Positions 35,575 to 44,276 of a stretch of 64,000 nt of DNA are shown here, one piece after another. The first letter of the stretch is position 1. Each line of letters starts with the position of its first letter. A model generated the notes under the pieces. It ran no database searches and was not told the origin of the DNA. It saw only the letters and a program-made list of their open reading frames with translations. The stretch lies in NCBI GenBank assembly GCA_017694785.1, contig JADIMK010000040.1, positions 8,689 through 72,688 of the forward strand. Reading direction: 5' to 3'. This DNA is from Candidatus Cryptobacteroides intestinigallinarum (GTDB taxonomy: Bacteria; Bacteroidota; Bacteroidia; Bacteroidales; UBA932). The translations under genes were made by a program, and so were the position numbers.

Positions 35575-38500
35575 CTATTCGTCATTTTCTCCTGACCTGC
35601 GTCTTTTCCTGACAAAGACCACAATGAAAACCACGGCAGCCACTGCCACCAAGGCAATTATAGTATTGTTCAGGACATTGGTCCTGGAAGAAGTTCCGCT
35701 GTCGAGCCGTTCCTTTTTCATCACCATGCCCTTACCGTCTCCTGCGGCAGCCGCTTCACGGACCTGACGGATGTTGTCAGTGTAGCGGGCGGCCGTCCTG
35801 CCGTCAGTCTTCGAGGCTATGAAATCCCTGAGCCTGTCATTGTCACAGACGGTACCGGAGCAGGCAGGCCTGTATTTTTCGACAAGTCCGGCATGAAGGG
35901 CGGCTATATCCGCAAGCTGGGCTTCCGAAGCATTCCAAAGCCCTTTCCTTGCACTTTCCATCATCACGGCGGTCATTTCCTGAAGGGCTGCCGGGCTGTT
36001 CTTCTCGAAGAACTCCTGCACCCCGAGCCCGTATGAATCCTTGACATAGACATCATATATCCTGTCCCACATTTCATCGTCCACTGCCTGCGGCTTCATC
36101 ACATTCCATCCGTAGGTATTCTGGACGACCTCGGCCAATGCGGCGGCATCCCCTGCCCCGCCCTTCATCTTTTCCCGGATATATTCCGGATTGAAGATGG
36201 TGGTGCGGCTTTCCACGCCGATGGCTTCCTTGACCTCCTGCATGCGGACATTGTTCCTGTTGCGGTAGTCGCTCAGATATGCATCCGGATCCTTGCCTGT
36301 GACATTCCTGACGGCAAGGTTCATCCCTCCCATGAACTCATAGACATGGTCAAGGCTGAGGGCTCCCCAAGTGTTGCTCTGGCGCGGCTGCACCACGGCG
36401 TCGGTCCTGTCAAGGGCAGCCTCAAAGGCGAATTGGCGCACTTCCTCCCATTTGTCCTCGCTTCCGTAATAGGCGCCCATGTTGTTGAGATAGACCTCGG
36501 CAATCTCGCTCTCGTCCTCCCATCTGCCGCCGGCCTGTACCATGCCCTGGATGCCGGTGCCGTAATTGCCGTTCACTCCGCCGAAGACCCTGTACAGGGA
36601 TACCTCGCGGGCATCCTTAGGAGTCATACCTTTGTCAATCAGCAGTTTTTCGGTTTCCAGTACTCCGGAAGCCACCTGATTGTCATACACATCATCCTTG
36701 GCCGCGGCAGCCATCTCCACTGCACGGCTGATGAGGAAAAGCCTGGATGCCGCCAGGTCACGGAGCTGTCCGCTTGTCTGCACGACCACATCTATGCGCG
36801 GACGGCCGAGCTCCGCCGACGGGATCAGGCGCAGATCCGTCACCCTGCCGAATGCATCCCTGACAGGCTCCACTCCGAGCATATAGAGTATCTGGGCTAT
36901 GGTGGCGCCCTCCGTCTCGATGAACTCGCTGCTCCAGAGGGTGTAGCTTACCTTGCGCGGGATGCTGTCGTTGTGGCGCTGACGGTAAAGGCTGATGGTA
37001 TTGTCAGCCAGCAGCTTGCCCTTTTCCCATGCCTCTTCGCTCGGGGTGGCCTCGGCATTGATGGCATAGAGGTTCCGGCCCGTAGGGAGAGTGTTGGGAT
37101 TTGCCACAGGGTCTCCTCCAGGAGAAGGCACCACATAGCCGCCGTCAAGGCCGTTGATTATGCTGCGGAGTTCGTTCTCCGGGCTGGACTTCAATGCATC
37201 ACGGTATGCAACAACATTTTTCAGAGCCCTTTCCACTTCCATTACGGCAGAGGCAAATGCCTTTTCCTCATCACTGTACCGTGTCATTCCTCCGGACATT
37301 GACTCCATCATGGCGGACATTCCTGAAGATGCCTTGCTTCCGGCATTGTCCACTGCCTTTGTCCTGCCGGACATTGCCTTTTCCATCCGTGCAAGGGCGG
37401 CCGTGTCGGAAGACATAGAACGGGCCATCGCCATCATCTTTTCCCTGTCCATCCCCTTGCCCATCTTTTTCATCAGTTCCTTCATGAACTTTCCGCCAGG
37501 ATGTCCTGACGGGAGAGACGCCACGTCCGCATTTCCGTCATCCGTTCCGGAGATTGCCGTTCCGGCCAGCACGGCGGCAGCCGGCATCTCTTCCGCCATC
37601 CCTGTCATAATGGAGAAGATGTCATTCCCGCGTGCGATGGCAGCGGATATCTCGCGGGCCTTTACCAGTTCATCAGCCGTAATCCCGGCCACACGGCACA
37701 CATAATCGTCTCCCGGCACTGTCTTCCCGTCCAGAAGACCTGCCACCAACCTTTTTGCAGGTGCAAGATAGCGTCTTGAAAATTCCGCCCTATGCTTTTC
37801 CAGTCCGGCCTCCGCCCGGCCCTTCGCCTTGTCTATGGCATAAAGCCCGTATGCGACAGGATCGGTACTCATCGCCATCACCGTACTCCTTATATCCTTG
37901 TCGGCATACGGCTCACCCATCACATAAAGGGCACCCGTGACCTTCTCATTGACAAGTTCTTCCGCAAAATTCTCCACCCTGGCCACCTCGGCCTCGGAAT
38001 ATGCCTTGCCCGGAACGGTGTCCAGGCCCAGTTCCCGATGTATGCCGAGCTCCAAAACGGCTTTCTTGACTGCCAGGGAAGCCCTCTGCAGGGCAGCTTC
38101 ATCCCTCACATCCGCTCCGGCAAGACGGTTGTACTCCTTGAGTCTGTCCGTCAGGCCGGAATAAGCGGTGCGGACACCGCTTTCCATGAACGGAGGGGTG
38201 AGATAGGAATGCAGGCCGGCGTATGCCCGGCGTTTTGCCATCATCGCCTCTCCCACATTGGCAATGGTGTACACATAAAAATGCGGAAGGTCGCCCACAA
38301 GTCTGTCGCTCCAGTCCTTACGGCTCAGGGCCACCTGCTTGCGCGGAGTGAATTCAAGGCTCCCGTGCGCCCCGAAATGAATGAGAGCATCCGCCTTGAA
38401 TCCGTATTGGGTCCACAGATAAGATGCAATATAGGCATGCGGAGGTGCGGCATCGGTGCCATGTACTATCTCGAAATCATTGTCGCCCATCCCGGCCGCA

Positions 38501-39987
38501 AGCTGCGGAAGCAGCACCACATTGCCGAACCTGAGCCTTGCAAGGGCAAGATTGCCTTCCGGAGTGGACATATAGCTTCCGGGAAATTCCCCGTTCACGG
38601 CCACAGCCTCGGCATACATGTCATCTCCGAGAGATTCTGAAACCCATCCTGCATACTCCTCAGGCGTGATGATCTCCGGCTCGGCCGTCCTGATGAAGGC
38701 GGACATCGCCCCTTCGGCATAAGCGCCGAACACAGCTCCCCTCTCCTGTATCATATTTCCCAGTTCCTCTGCCGAATCCGGCAGACCGGACACATCATAG
38801 CCCTCCGCACGGAGCCGGACAAGAAGGTTATAAAGCGAAGGCACGACCTCCATCCCGCCGGCAGTCAGGGCACTCTGGCCGGGGCCCTTGAAATAATATA
38901 TCGCGACCCTCTTCTCCCGGTTCGGCTTATGCCTGAGGGAAATATGATTGTTGACCGCCGTCACGAAATGTTCCAGCCGCTCAGGAATCGCATGAAGGTA
39001 CTGCAGCCCGTCCTCCCGGCTGACATAGTTGCCGAAAAGGACGAACGGCCTTATAGCCCCGTCAATCTCTGGAGTGACGATACTCTGTGACATGAAGCCT
39101 CCGTTCATTCCCATCGGGTCATTTTCCCAGTCTTCGACAAGGCTGTTCACATTGAGAGGGGCGAAAAGAGGAACATTCTTTTCTGTCAGATAATCCACGA
39201 TATAGTCTCCCATCCGGCCGTGGGCCATATTTATCACAGCAGCCACATCCACGCTGTCGGCATGTCCCCTGCGGAAGAATGTAGCGGCAAATCTCACCGG
39301 ATAGACCATGTTTCCGGTCTCTTCAAGCCTGCGTATGAGGTCGGAAGGCTCGCCCATCTGCCCTGTGAGGATGACTCCGGGGGCATCGGCATCATAAAGC
39401 CCGCTGGCTTTCAGGAACGCCTCATATTCCGCCACAGAATTGAAGCCGAGGTCCTCGTTGCCCGGATCGGAGGGATCCGGATGATAAAGCATGTAGTATG
39501 TACGCTCCACAGCCGCCTGAGGCTCGGGAGCCTTGAAAACTTTCCCGTCCACATGCCTGCGCACATACGAAAGCATGTTCCTGTAGTTGGCACGGCCTCC
39601 TCCGGCGATATACTGCCTTATGGCTGCATTGTCTGCGGAGTCAAGTGAAACGATATTGTTGTCCGGATTGGTCGCGGCCGTCACGAGGACCGGCAGCCCC
39701 TTTTCCGCAGCCCGGCGAAGCCCTTCCCTCTGCTCAGCCGTTATACGGATGCCCATGCCGTTGACAAACACCATGTCATACCGTCCGGCCTCGGAAAGGC
39801 GGGATACCGGAAGTTCCCGGATCTTCACAAAGCCGTTGTCATTGGCCTTGGAAATCTGCCCGAGGTCCGACACCTGCCAGTTCACGAACGCCACTTCCGT
39901 GGCGGCGAACCACCGTTGCCAGACCAGGCACAGTGCCGAAACGGCCACTGAGGCCGCCAGCACGATGATGATCTTTTTCCTGTTCAT
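35575..39987 (-). CDS. hmuS: CobN/ChlH-type chelatase-family protein (HmuS-like)
   Basis: HFGAHGSLEF, LPTGRNLY, GRPRIDVVVQ, DHVYEFMGG; N- and C-terminal membrane anchors; context downstream of hmuY/hmuR-like genes. Confidence 0.88.
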   Translation of the reverse strand: MNRKKIIIVLAASVAVSALCLVWQRWFAATEVAFVNWQVSDLGQISKANDNGFVKIRELPVSRLSEAGRYDMVFVNGMGIRITAEQREGLRRAAEKGLPVLVTAATNPDNNIVSLDSADNAAIRQYIAGGGRANYRNMLSYVRRHVDGKVFKAPEPQAAVERTYYMLYHPDPSDPGNEDLGFNSVAEYEAFLKASGLYDADAPGVILTGQMGEPSDLIRRLEETGNMVYPVRFAATFFRRGHADSVDVAAVINMAHGRMGDYIVDYLTEKNVPLFAPLNVNSLVEDWENDPMGMNGGFMSQSIVTPEIDGAIRPFVLFGNYVSREDGLQYLHAIPERLEHFVTAVNNHISLRHKPNREKRVAIYYFKGPGQSALTAGGMEVVPSLYNLLVRLRAEGYDVSGLPDSAEELGNMIQERGAVFGAYAEGAMSAFIRTAEPEIITPEEYAGWVSESLGDDMYAEAVAVNGEFPGSYMSTPEGNLALARLRFGNVVLLPQLAAGMGDNDFEIVHGTDAAPPHAYIASYLWTQYGFKADALIHFGAHGSLEFTPRKQVALSRKDWSDRLVGDLPHFYVYTIANVGEAMMAKRRAYAGLHSYLTPPFMESGVRTAYSGLTDRLKEYNRLAGADVRDEAALQRASLAVKKAVLELGIHRELGLDTVPGKAYSEAEVARVENFAEELVNEKVTGALYVMGEPYADKDIRSTVMAMSTDPVAYGLYAIDKAKGRAEAGLEKHRAEFSRRYLAPAKRLVAGLLDGKTVPGDDYVCRVAGITADELVKAREISAAIARGNDIFSIMTGMAEEMPAAAVLAGTAISGTDDGNADVASLPSGHPGGKFMKELMKKMGKGMDREKMMAMARSMSSDTAALARMEKAMSGRTKAVDNAGSKASSGMSAMMESMSGGMTRYSDEEKAFASAVMEVERALKNVVAYRDALKSSPENELRSIINGLDGGYVVPSPGGDPVANPNTLPTGRNLYAINAEATPSEEAWEKGKLLADNTISLYRQRHNDSIPRKVSYTLWSSEFIETEGATIAQILYMLGVEPVRDAFGRVTDLRLIPSAELGRPRIDVVVQTSGQLRDLAASRLFLISRAVEMAAAAKDDVYDNQVASGVLETEKLLIDKGMTPKDAREVSLYRVFGGVNGNYGTGIQGMVQAGGRWEDESEIAEVYLNNMGAYYGSEDKWEEVRQFAFEAALDRTDAVVQPRQSNTWGALSLDHVYEFMGGMNLAVRNVTGKDPDAYLSDYRNRNNVRMQEVKEAIGVESRTTIFNPEYIREKMKGGAGDAAALAEVVQNTYGWNVMKPQAVDDEMWDRIYDVYVKDSYGLGVQEFFEKNSPAALQEMTAVMMESARKGLWNASEAQLADIAALHAGLVEKYRPACSGTVCDNDRLRDFIASKTDGRTAARYTDNIRQVREAAAAGDGKGMVMKKERLDSGTSSRTNVLNNTIIALVAVAAVVFIVVFVRKRRRSGENDE

Positions 39988-40052
39988 TCCTGTCCTTTAT
40001 AAAAATTACTTGTACTTATGCGTAAAATGCCCAACTTCTGTCATCCATAAAA

Positions 40053-42212
40053 TCATTTTCTGAACATTTCTTCTATCGACAATGACAGGCCTGCGGCAAA
40101 TGTGGTCCCGACAGTCACAGGGGAATTGCTGTAATAATAGTCAGGCCTGTAGTTGAAGAGGTTGTCAACTATGAAATTGAGGCTTATGCCTTTCCAGATG
40201 TCCTGGGTGAACATGAGCTTCCAGATGGTGTAGCCCGGATATCTCTGCATGTCCAGGGTCTCAAAGGTGGTGTCGGCGTAGACATGGGTGCTGAACCCGG
40301 CGAGATAGCGTCCGCTCAATGACAGGTTGAACCCGTAGTTCTTCCATTCGCGTCCATATTCAACCCTTGCGGTCAGGGAATGCGGCCGGGTAGTGGACAT
40401 GGAAGGGGAGCCGTCCGTTGTGTATTCGTGCGAATATGTGTAGGCCAGTTTAGCCCCGAAGCCGCACGGGAGCCGCATTGAGAAAGTGACATCCGCCCCC
40501 GCTATATTCGTCGGGGCATCATTGGCATAACGCATGCTGTTCAGCTGCTCATTCCAGACGGTGGTGATGCCGTTGCGGACCATGTTGAAATATCCGGCCA
40601 CAGTGACATTGCAGTATTTCTTGAAATATTCAGCAGAAAGGGTGAAATTGTGGCTCACCTCTGAGAGCAGGTCCGGATTGCCGTATATCATGAAGATGCT
40701 CGCCATGTCGAACGACATGTACATCTCCTTGAGCGTCGGGGCACGGAATCCCTTGGCGTACGATCCCCTGAAGGCAAAATGCCCTGCCCGGTCACTGTCT
40801 ATCCTGTACATCAGGCCTATCTTCGGGGAAAGGCTGCTCAGTTTCTTTGCGGAAAAATAATCATACCTCAACGCCCCGATGACATTGAATCCCTTCAGCA
40901 CATTCCAGTCGAACTGGGCAAAGGCATCAGCCGTCATCTGGCTGTAGCTGCGACCGTCCTCGAACTGGTATGAGAGCAGATAGTCATTCATGAAGTCCCC
41001 GCCTGCCGTCAGAGTGCCGGTCTTGCCGAAGGTCCAGTTGAAAAGAGCCCTGACATTGTGCTGCACATTGCTGTAGTTGAGCACATCGGCACCGGTATTG
41101 GTCATCCAGTCACTCTTGTTGTATTCATCGTATGAATAGGAAAGTTCCACATTCCCGGCATCGCCGAATTCGTATGCGCCCTTCAGCCCGCCGTTGATGT
41201 CCCTGTACCTGTCCTTGACAATAGCATCCGCATCCCTTTCCCTCTGGTAATATCCTATGCGCCCGGTCAGTTTCAGACCTTCAACCGGAGCATATACAAG
41301 ACGGTCCTTCACACTGAGGGTCCTGTTTCCGTACACCGTGCTGAAATCGCCCGTGCCGCCGACATCGTAAGTGTCGATGCCGGTCATCTGGGCATTCAGG
41401 ACATTGCTGACCTTTCCTGCAGAAAAGCCGGCACTGCCGTCATAGCGCCGCTCATTGTGGGCTCCATACCTGGCATTCAGGCGGACCGACCAGGGTTCGC
41501 TCTGTTCCTTGGTGATGAGGTTGATCACCCCGCCCACGGCATTGGAGCCGTACAGGGACGATGCACCTCCCTTTACAATCTCTATGCGTTCCACATTGTC
41601 GAGATTGAGCCTGTTGTAGTCCACATTGTCAAGAGTCTCACCCGCAATGCGCTCTCCGTCGATGAGGAACAGCACGGAACTTCCGCCGAAGCCCTGAAGG
41701 TTGACATTCACCTGCTGATCCATCGAAAACGAGAATTCTATCCCCGGAAGTTCGGTTATCAGCAGGTCCTGGATATTGGATGCATCGCTTCTGGCTATGT
41801 CCAGGTCCGATATGACCCTTGTGGTGATGGGGGCGTCCATCAGAGTCTTCGGGGTGCGCGTGCCTGTCACCACCACCTGGTCGAGGGTCACGGGATTCTC
41901 GTCAAGAGAGAAATTCCCGTCATTGTTGCCGTCGGGTTTCACCAGACGGGACTGGGTCATGAAGCCTATGAATGATGCGACTATTGTATGGTTGGAATTG
42001 TCGGGGATTTCAAGGACATAGTTTCCGTCGGACCCTGTGACGGCACCCGCTCCGGGAAGGCCGCGGACAGTCACTCCCGCACCGGCAAGAGGCTCCCCTG
42101 CCTTGTCCGTAATCTTCCCCCTTACGGTGTATTGCGCAGAGGACTCCGCAGCAAAGCCGGCAAGCATTGCCAGCATCAGCACATATTTCACGAAATTCAT
42201 TGCCGTCATCAT
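40053..42212 (-). CDS. hmuR: TonB-dependent receptor (HmuR-like)
   Basis: N-terminal CarboxypepD_reg-like domain, VVVTGTRT, IEIVKGGASSLYGSNAVGGVINLIT plug, FRAPTLKE, DNLFNY. Start moved to ATG 42212, which overlaps the hmuY stop (ATGA). Confidence 0.9.
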   Translation of the reverse strand: MMTAMNFVKYVLMLAMLAGFAAESSAQYTVRGKITDKAGEPLAGAGVTVRGLPGAGAVTGSDGNYVLEIPDNSNHTIVASFIGFMTQSRLVKPDGNNDGNFSLDENPVTLDQVVVTGTRTPKTLMDAPITTRVISDLDIARSDASNIQDLLITELPGIEFSFSMDQQVNVNLQGFGGSSVLFLIDGERIAGETLDNVDYNRLNLDNVERIEIVKGGASSLYGSNAVGGVINLITKEQSEPWSVRLNARYGAHNERRYDGSAGFSAGKVSNVLNAQMTGIDTYDVGGTGDFSTVYGNRTLSVKDRLVYAPVEGLKLTGRIGYYQRERDADAIVKDRYRDINGGLKGAYEFGDAGNVELSYSYDEYNKSDWMTNTGADVLNYSNVQHNVRALFNWTFGKTGTLTAGGDFMNDYLLSYQFEDGRSYSQMTADAFAQFDWNVLKGFNVIGALRYDYFSAKKLSSLSPKIGLMYRIDSDRAGHFAFRGSYAKGFRAPTLKEMYMSFDMASIFMIYGNPDLLSEVSHNFTLSAEYFKKYCNVTVAGYFNMVRNGITTVWNEQLNSMRYANDAPTNIAGADVTFSMRLPCGFGAKLAYTYSHEYTTDGSPSMSTTRPHSLTARVEYGREWKNYGFNLSLSGRYLAGFSTHVYADTTFETLDMQRYPGYTIWKLMFTQDIWKGISLNFIVDNLFNYRPDYYYSNSPVTVGTTFAAGLSLSIEEMFRK

Positions 42213-42880
42213 AAATTTCCGTCCAAAGTCCTGTACTGTATGGTCATATAGCCTTTTGTCCCGCTCCCGTCCATGTAGTTCTCCAGCTTGAGGGCAATAT
42301 GTCTCCCGTCCTGGAGTTTCAGTACAAAGACATTGTCGGACTTTGTGTATATAGGCGGCATCGTGCTTGTGTCCACATCGAGCCATTTGGAAAGTTCGGC
42401 ATTGAACCAGTCCGCAGTATATTCTATATTGCCCTGCATCATGCCGCTCATGTCTATCGCAATGACATCTTCCGTCCAGATGTCCTCCACGAAAACATCG
42501 TCATCAGGCATCTCTCCGGAATCCGCATAGTCATCTATGTCCGTGTCCGAAGTCATCGCCACGGCCCCTCCGTTGGTCTTGGTGTCGTACCTGTGGACCG
42601 CGATGTCCCATGTATCCGGCAGGGGATCGCCGGAAACTATGTTCACGGAGTCCGCCACGGCATTCTGAAAATCAAGGTACACCCAATGCGTGTATTGCGA
42701 GGTGTTAATATAGATGGTCCCGTGCCCCGTAAGCGTTTCGGTCCGGATGAAGCCGTAGTCGGAACTTGTCTCCGGCACATCATACAGTCCTCCGAGGATG
42801 CCGCTCTCACAAGACGGGAACAGCATGAGTGCCGTTCCCGCCAATATAGACGATGCCAGAAAGGCAGAATGCCTATTCAT
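42209..42880 (-). CDS. hmuY: HmuY-family heme-binding lipoprotein
   Basis: Lipobox LFPSC; W-x-Y-x-D-F, WDIAVHRYDTKTNGG, LSKW...MPPIY, NYMDGSGTKGYMTIQY HmuY motifs. Start chosen at MNRH. Confidence 0.88.
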   Translation of the reverse strand: MNRHSAFLASSILAGTALMLFPSCESGILGGLYDVPETSSDYGFIRTETLTGHGTIYINTSQYTHWVYLDFQNAVADSVNIVSGDPLPDTWDIAVHRYDTKTNGGAVAMTSDTDIDDYADSGEMPDDDVFVEDIWTEDVIAIDMSGMMQGNIEYTADWFNAELSKWLDVDTSTMPPIYTKSDNVFVLKLQDGRHIALKLENYMDGSGTKGYMTIQYRTLDGNL

Positions 42881-43751
42881 TGCCGCCCTCCTCCGCACTG
42901 TCGCCGTTTCCGCCGTCCGGGGCCGGAGAAGTGAACACCCCTGTTATGGACATAGGCATAGCCCCAGGCGTGAAGACAAAGGTTATCTCCGCAGTACCGT
43001 CGCTGCCTACCGTCCCCGACACAGACCCCGTAACCTTCGTTTCTCCGCTTACGGTGTCTATTTCACCGGAAAGAGAATACCCGTCCGCTGCTTCCGCCAC
43101 GGCCACATCTTCAGCCGAAAGGGAGAATTTCATTGTCCCCATGGCGGTGAACTCGTCCAATGCGATGTCCACCGTGCTGTCCGTCTTGTATGTTATTGTA
43201 CAGTTCAGAGTCTCAGTCCCCTGTGACGACCCGCCGACCGAAAGGGCAAAGGATCCGCTGTATGTCCCTGCCACTGCCAATGCGGAAGGCACCTCGCCCT
43301 GCGTAAATTCTATCGTAAGCCCTCCCATCACTGACGGCACGGTGAAGATGAATCCGGCAGAGGTCTTGTCAGCGGCTATGGTCGCGGAAACTGATGCATC
43401 GTAACTGCTCGTACTTCCGCCCATCCCCATCTCGGTGATGCCTGTCCCGGACACGCTGTATTCCGACCCCGTCCTTGTCACGGTGCATCCTGAAAATGAA
43501 AACTCGCCCCAGGTGTCGGAAACATAGCCCAATGAAACCGTGCCGTCCGTCCCGGCGGTCACCGTAATGGTCTGGTCTTCTGCAAGCATATCCTGAAAAT
43601 ACGAGCAGGACGCCAAAGTATAGCCGGCGTATGTTCCCGCCATATCGTTGACATTCACTTCCGTTTCCCGGGTATCACCCCCATTGTCGCCGCACGCCGT
43701 GAAGGCTGCCGAAAATGCAATCAGAGAGATTGCCTTGATGATCTTTTTCAT
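42873..43751 (-). CDS. Tandem calycin-like beta-barrel lipoprotein
   Basis: MKK signal with lipobox AFTAC. Two internally similar halves (AGTYAG.../AGTYSG...; MGGLTIEF/MPMSITGVF) and an acidic tail. Start at 43751 lies downstream of promoter box 43793-43800. Confidence 0.7.
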   Translation of the reverse strand: MKKIIKAISLIAFSAAFTACGDNGGDTRETEVNVNDMAGTYAGYTLASCSYFQDMLAEDQTITVTAGTDGTVSLGYVSDTWGEFSFSGCTVTRTGSEYSVSGTGITEMGMGGSTSSYDASVSATIAADKTSAGFIFTVPSVMGGLTIEFTQGEVPSALAVAGTYSGSFALSVGGSSQGTETLNCTITYKTDSTVDIALDEFTAMGTMKFSLSAEDVAVAEAADGYSLSGEIDTVSGETKVTGSVSGTVGSDGTAEITFVFTPGAMPMSITGVFTSPAPDGGNGDSAEEGGNE

Positions 43752-43792
43752 TGTATACCTGTTTTTGATGTTTTGATTTTTGAATCGCAGTG

Positions 43793-43800
43793 CAAAGGTA
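43793..43800 (-). promoter_or_regulatory. -7 promoter box of the calycin-hmu operon
   Basis: TACCTTTG on minus strand with a TTG 20 nt upstream. Confidence 0.6.
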
Positions 43801-43884
43801 CGGGCACGCAGCACGCACGGCAATCCTCAAAAATTGGTAAAAAACCATGATGGTCAAATACGAATGGGGATACGGGCTTAAAAA

Positions 43885-43917
43885 TAAAAAAGGAGGCTGA
43901 CGGTTCCGTCAACCTCC
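43885..43917 (-). terminator. Intrinsic terminator of ferredoxin gene
   Basis: Minus strand GGAGGTTGACGG-AA-CCGTCAGCCTCC followed by T-run. Confidence 0.85.
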
Positions 43918-43956
43918 CTGCAATGCGGCATCGGCCGCATGAAGACTGAGGGCAGA

Positions 43957-44127
43957 CTACTCTGCCGGTGAGATTGCGCCCATCGGACATACGTCAGCGC
44001 ATGTTCCGCAGTCAACACAAACGTTAGGATCGATCTTGTAGATGTCTCCCTCTGAAATTGCGCCTGATGGACACTCGGTGATGCAGGTTCCGCATGCTAC
44101 GCAATCCTCTGAAATCTTGTAAGCCAT
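43957..44127 (-). CDS. 2x[4Fe-4S] clostridial-type ferredoxin (56 aa, absent from ORF track)
   Basis: MAYKISEDCVACGTCITECPSGAISEGDIYKIDPNVCVDCGTCADVCPMGAISPAE*: two CxxCxxCxxxCP motifs. TAAATTTG promoter box at 44215-44222. Confidence 0.95.
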   Translation of the reverse strand: MAYKISEDCVACGTCITECPSGAISEGDIYKIDPNVCVDCGTCADVCPMGAISPAE

Positions 44128-44276
44128 TTTTTTATCCTTTTAATTGTTAGTAGAACCGTAATGGAGGTAATCTCCATCAACTTGTCCAATGTTGTATTGT
44201 CGTGATACAAGACACAAATTTATGTGATTAAGTCCGAATAATCAAATTTATATTTAGTATTTTTGCGTACTGATGG

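Noticed and set aside
36346-37302. 318-aa plus-strand ORF and the many other 60-210-aa antisense ORFs in the track
   Set aside because: They lie opposite well-supported genes, lack recognisable motifs, and are expected shadows of biased codon usage.
35575-39987. CobN-like gene as evidence for cobalamin biosynthesis
   Set aside because: No cobS/cobT or other cob/cbi genes nearby; membrane anchors and the hmuY/hmuR/ExbB/DUF2149 context match HmuS.
42213-42386. ORF-track N-terminal extensions (hmuR here; also lysA, DHS-like, GH84, pdxA, calycin, DUF4831)
   Set aside because: They overlap upstream genes or run through promoter boxes; downstream ATGs give proper signal peptides or family-typical starts.
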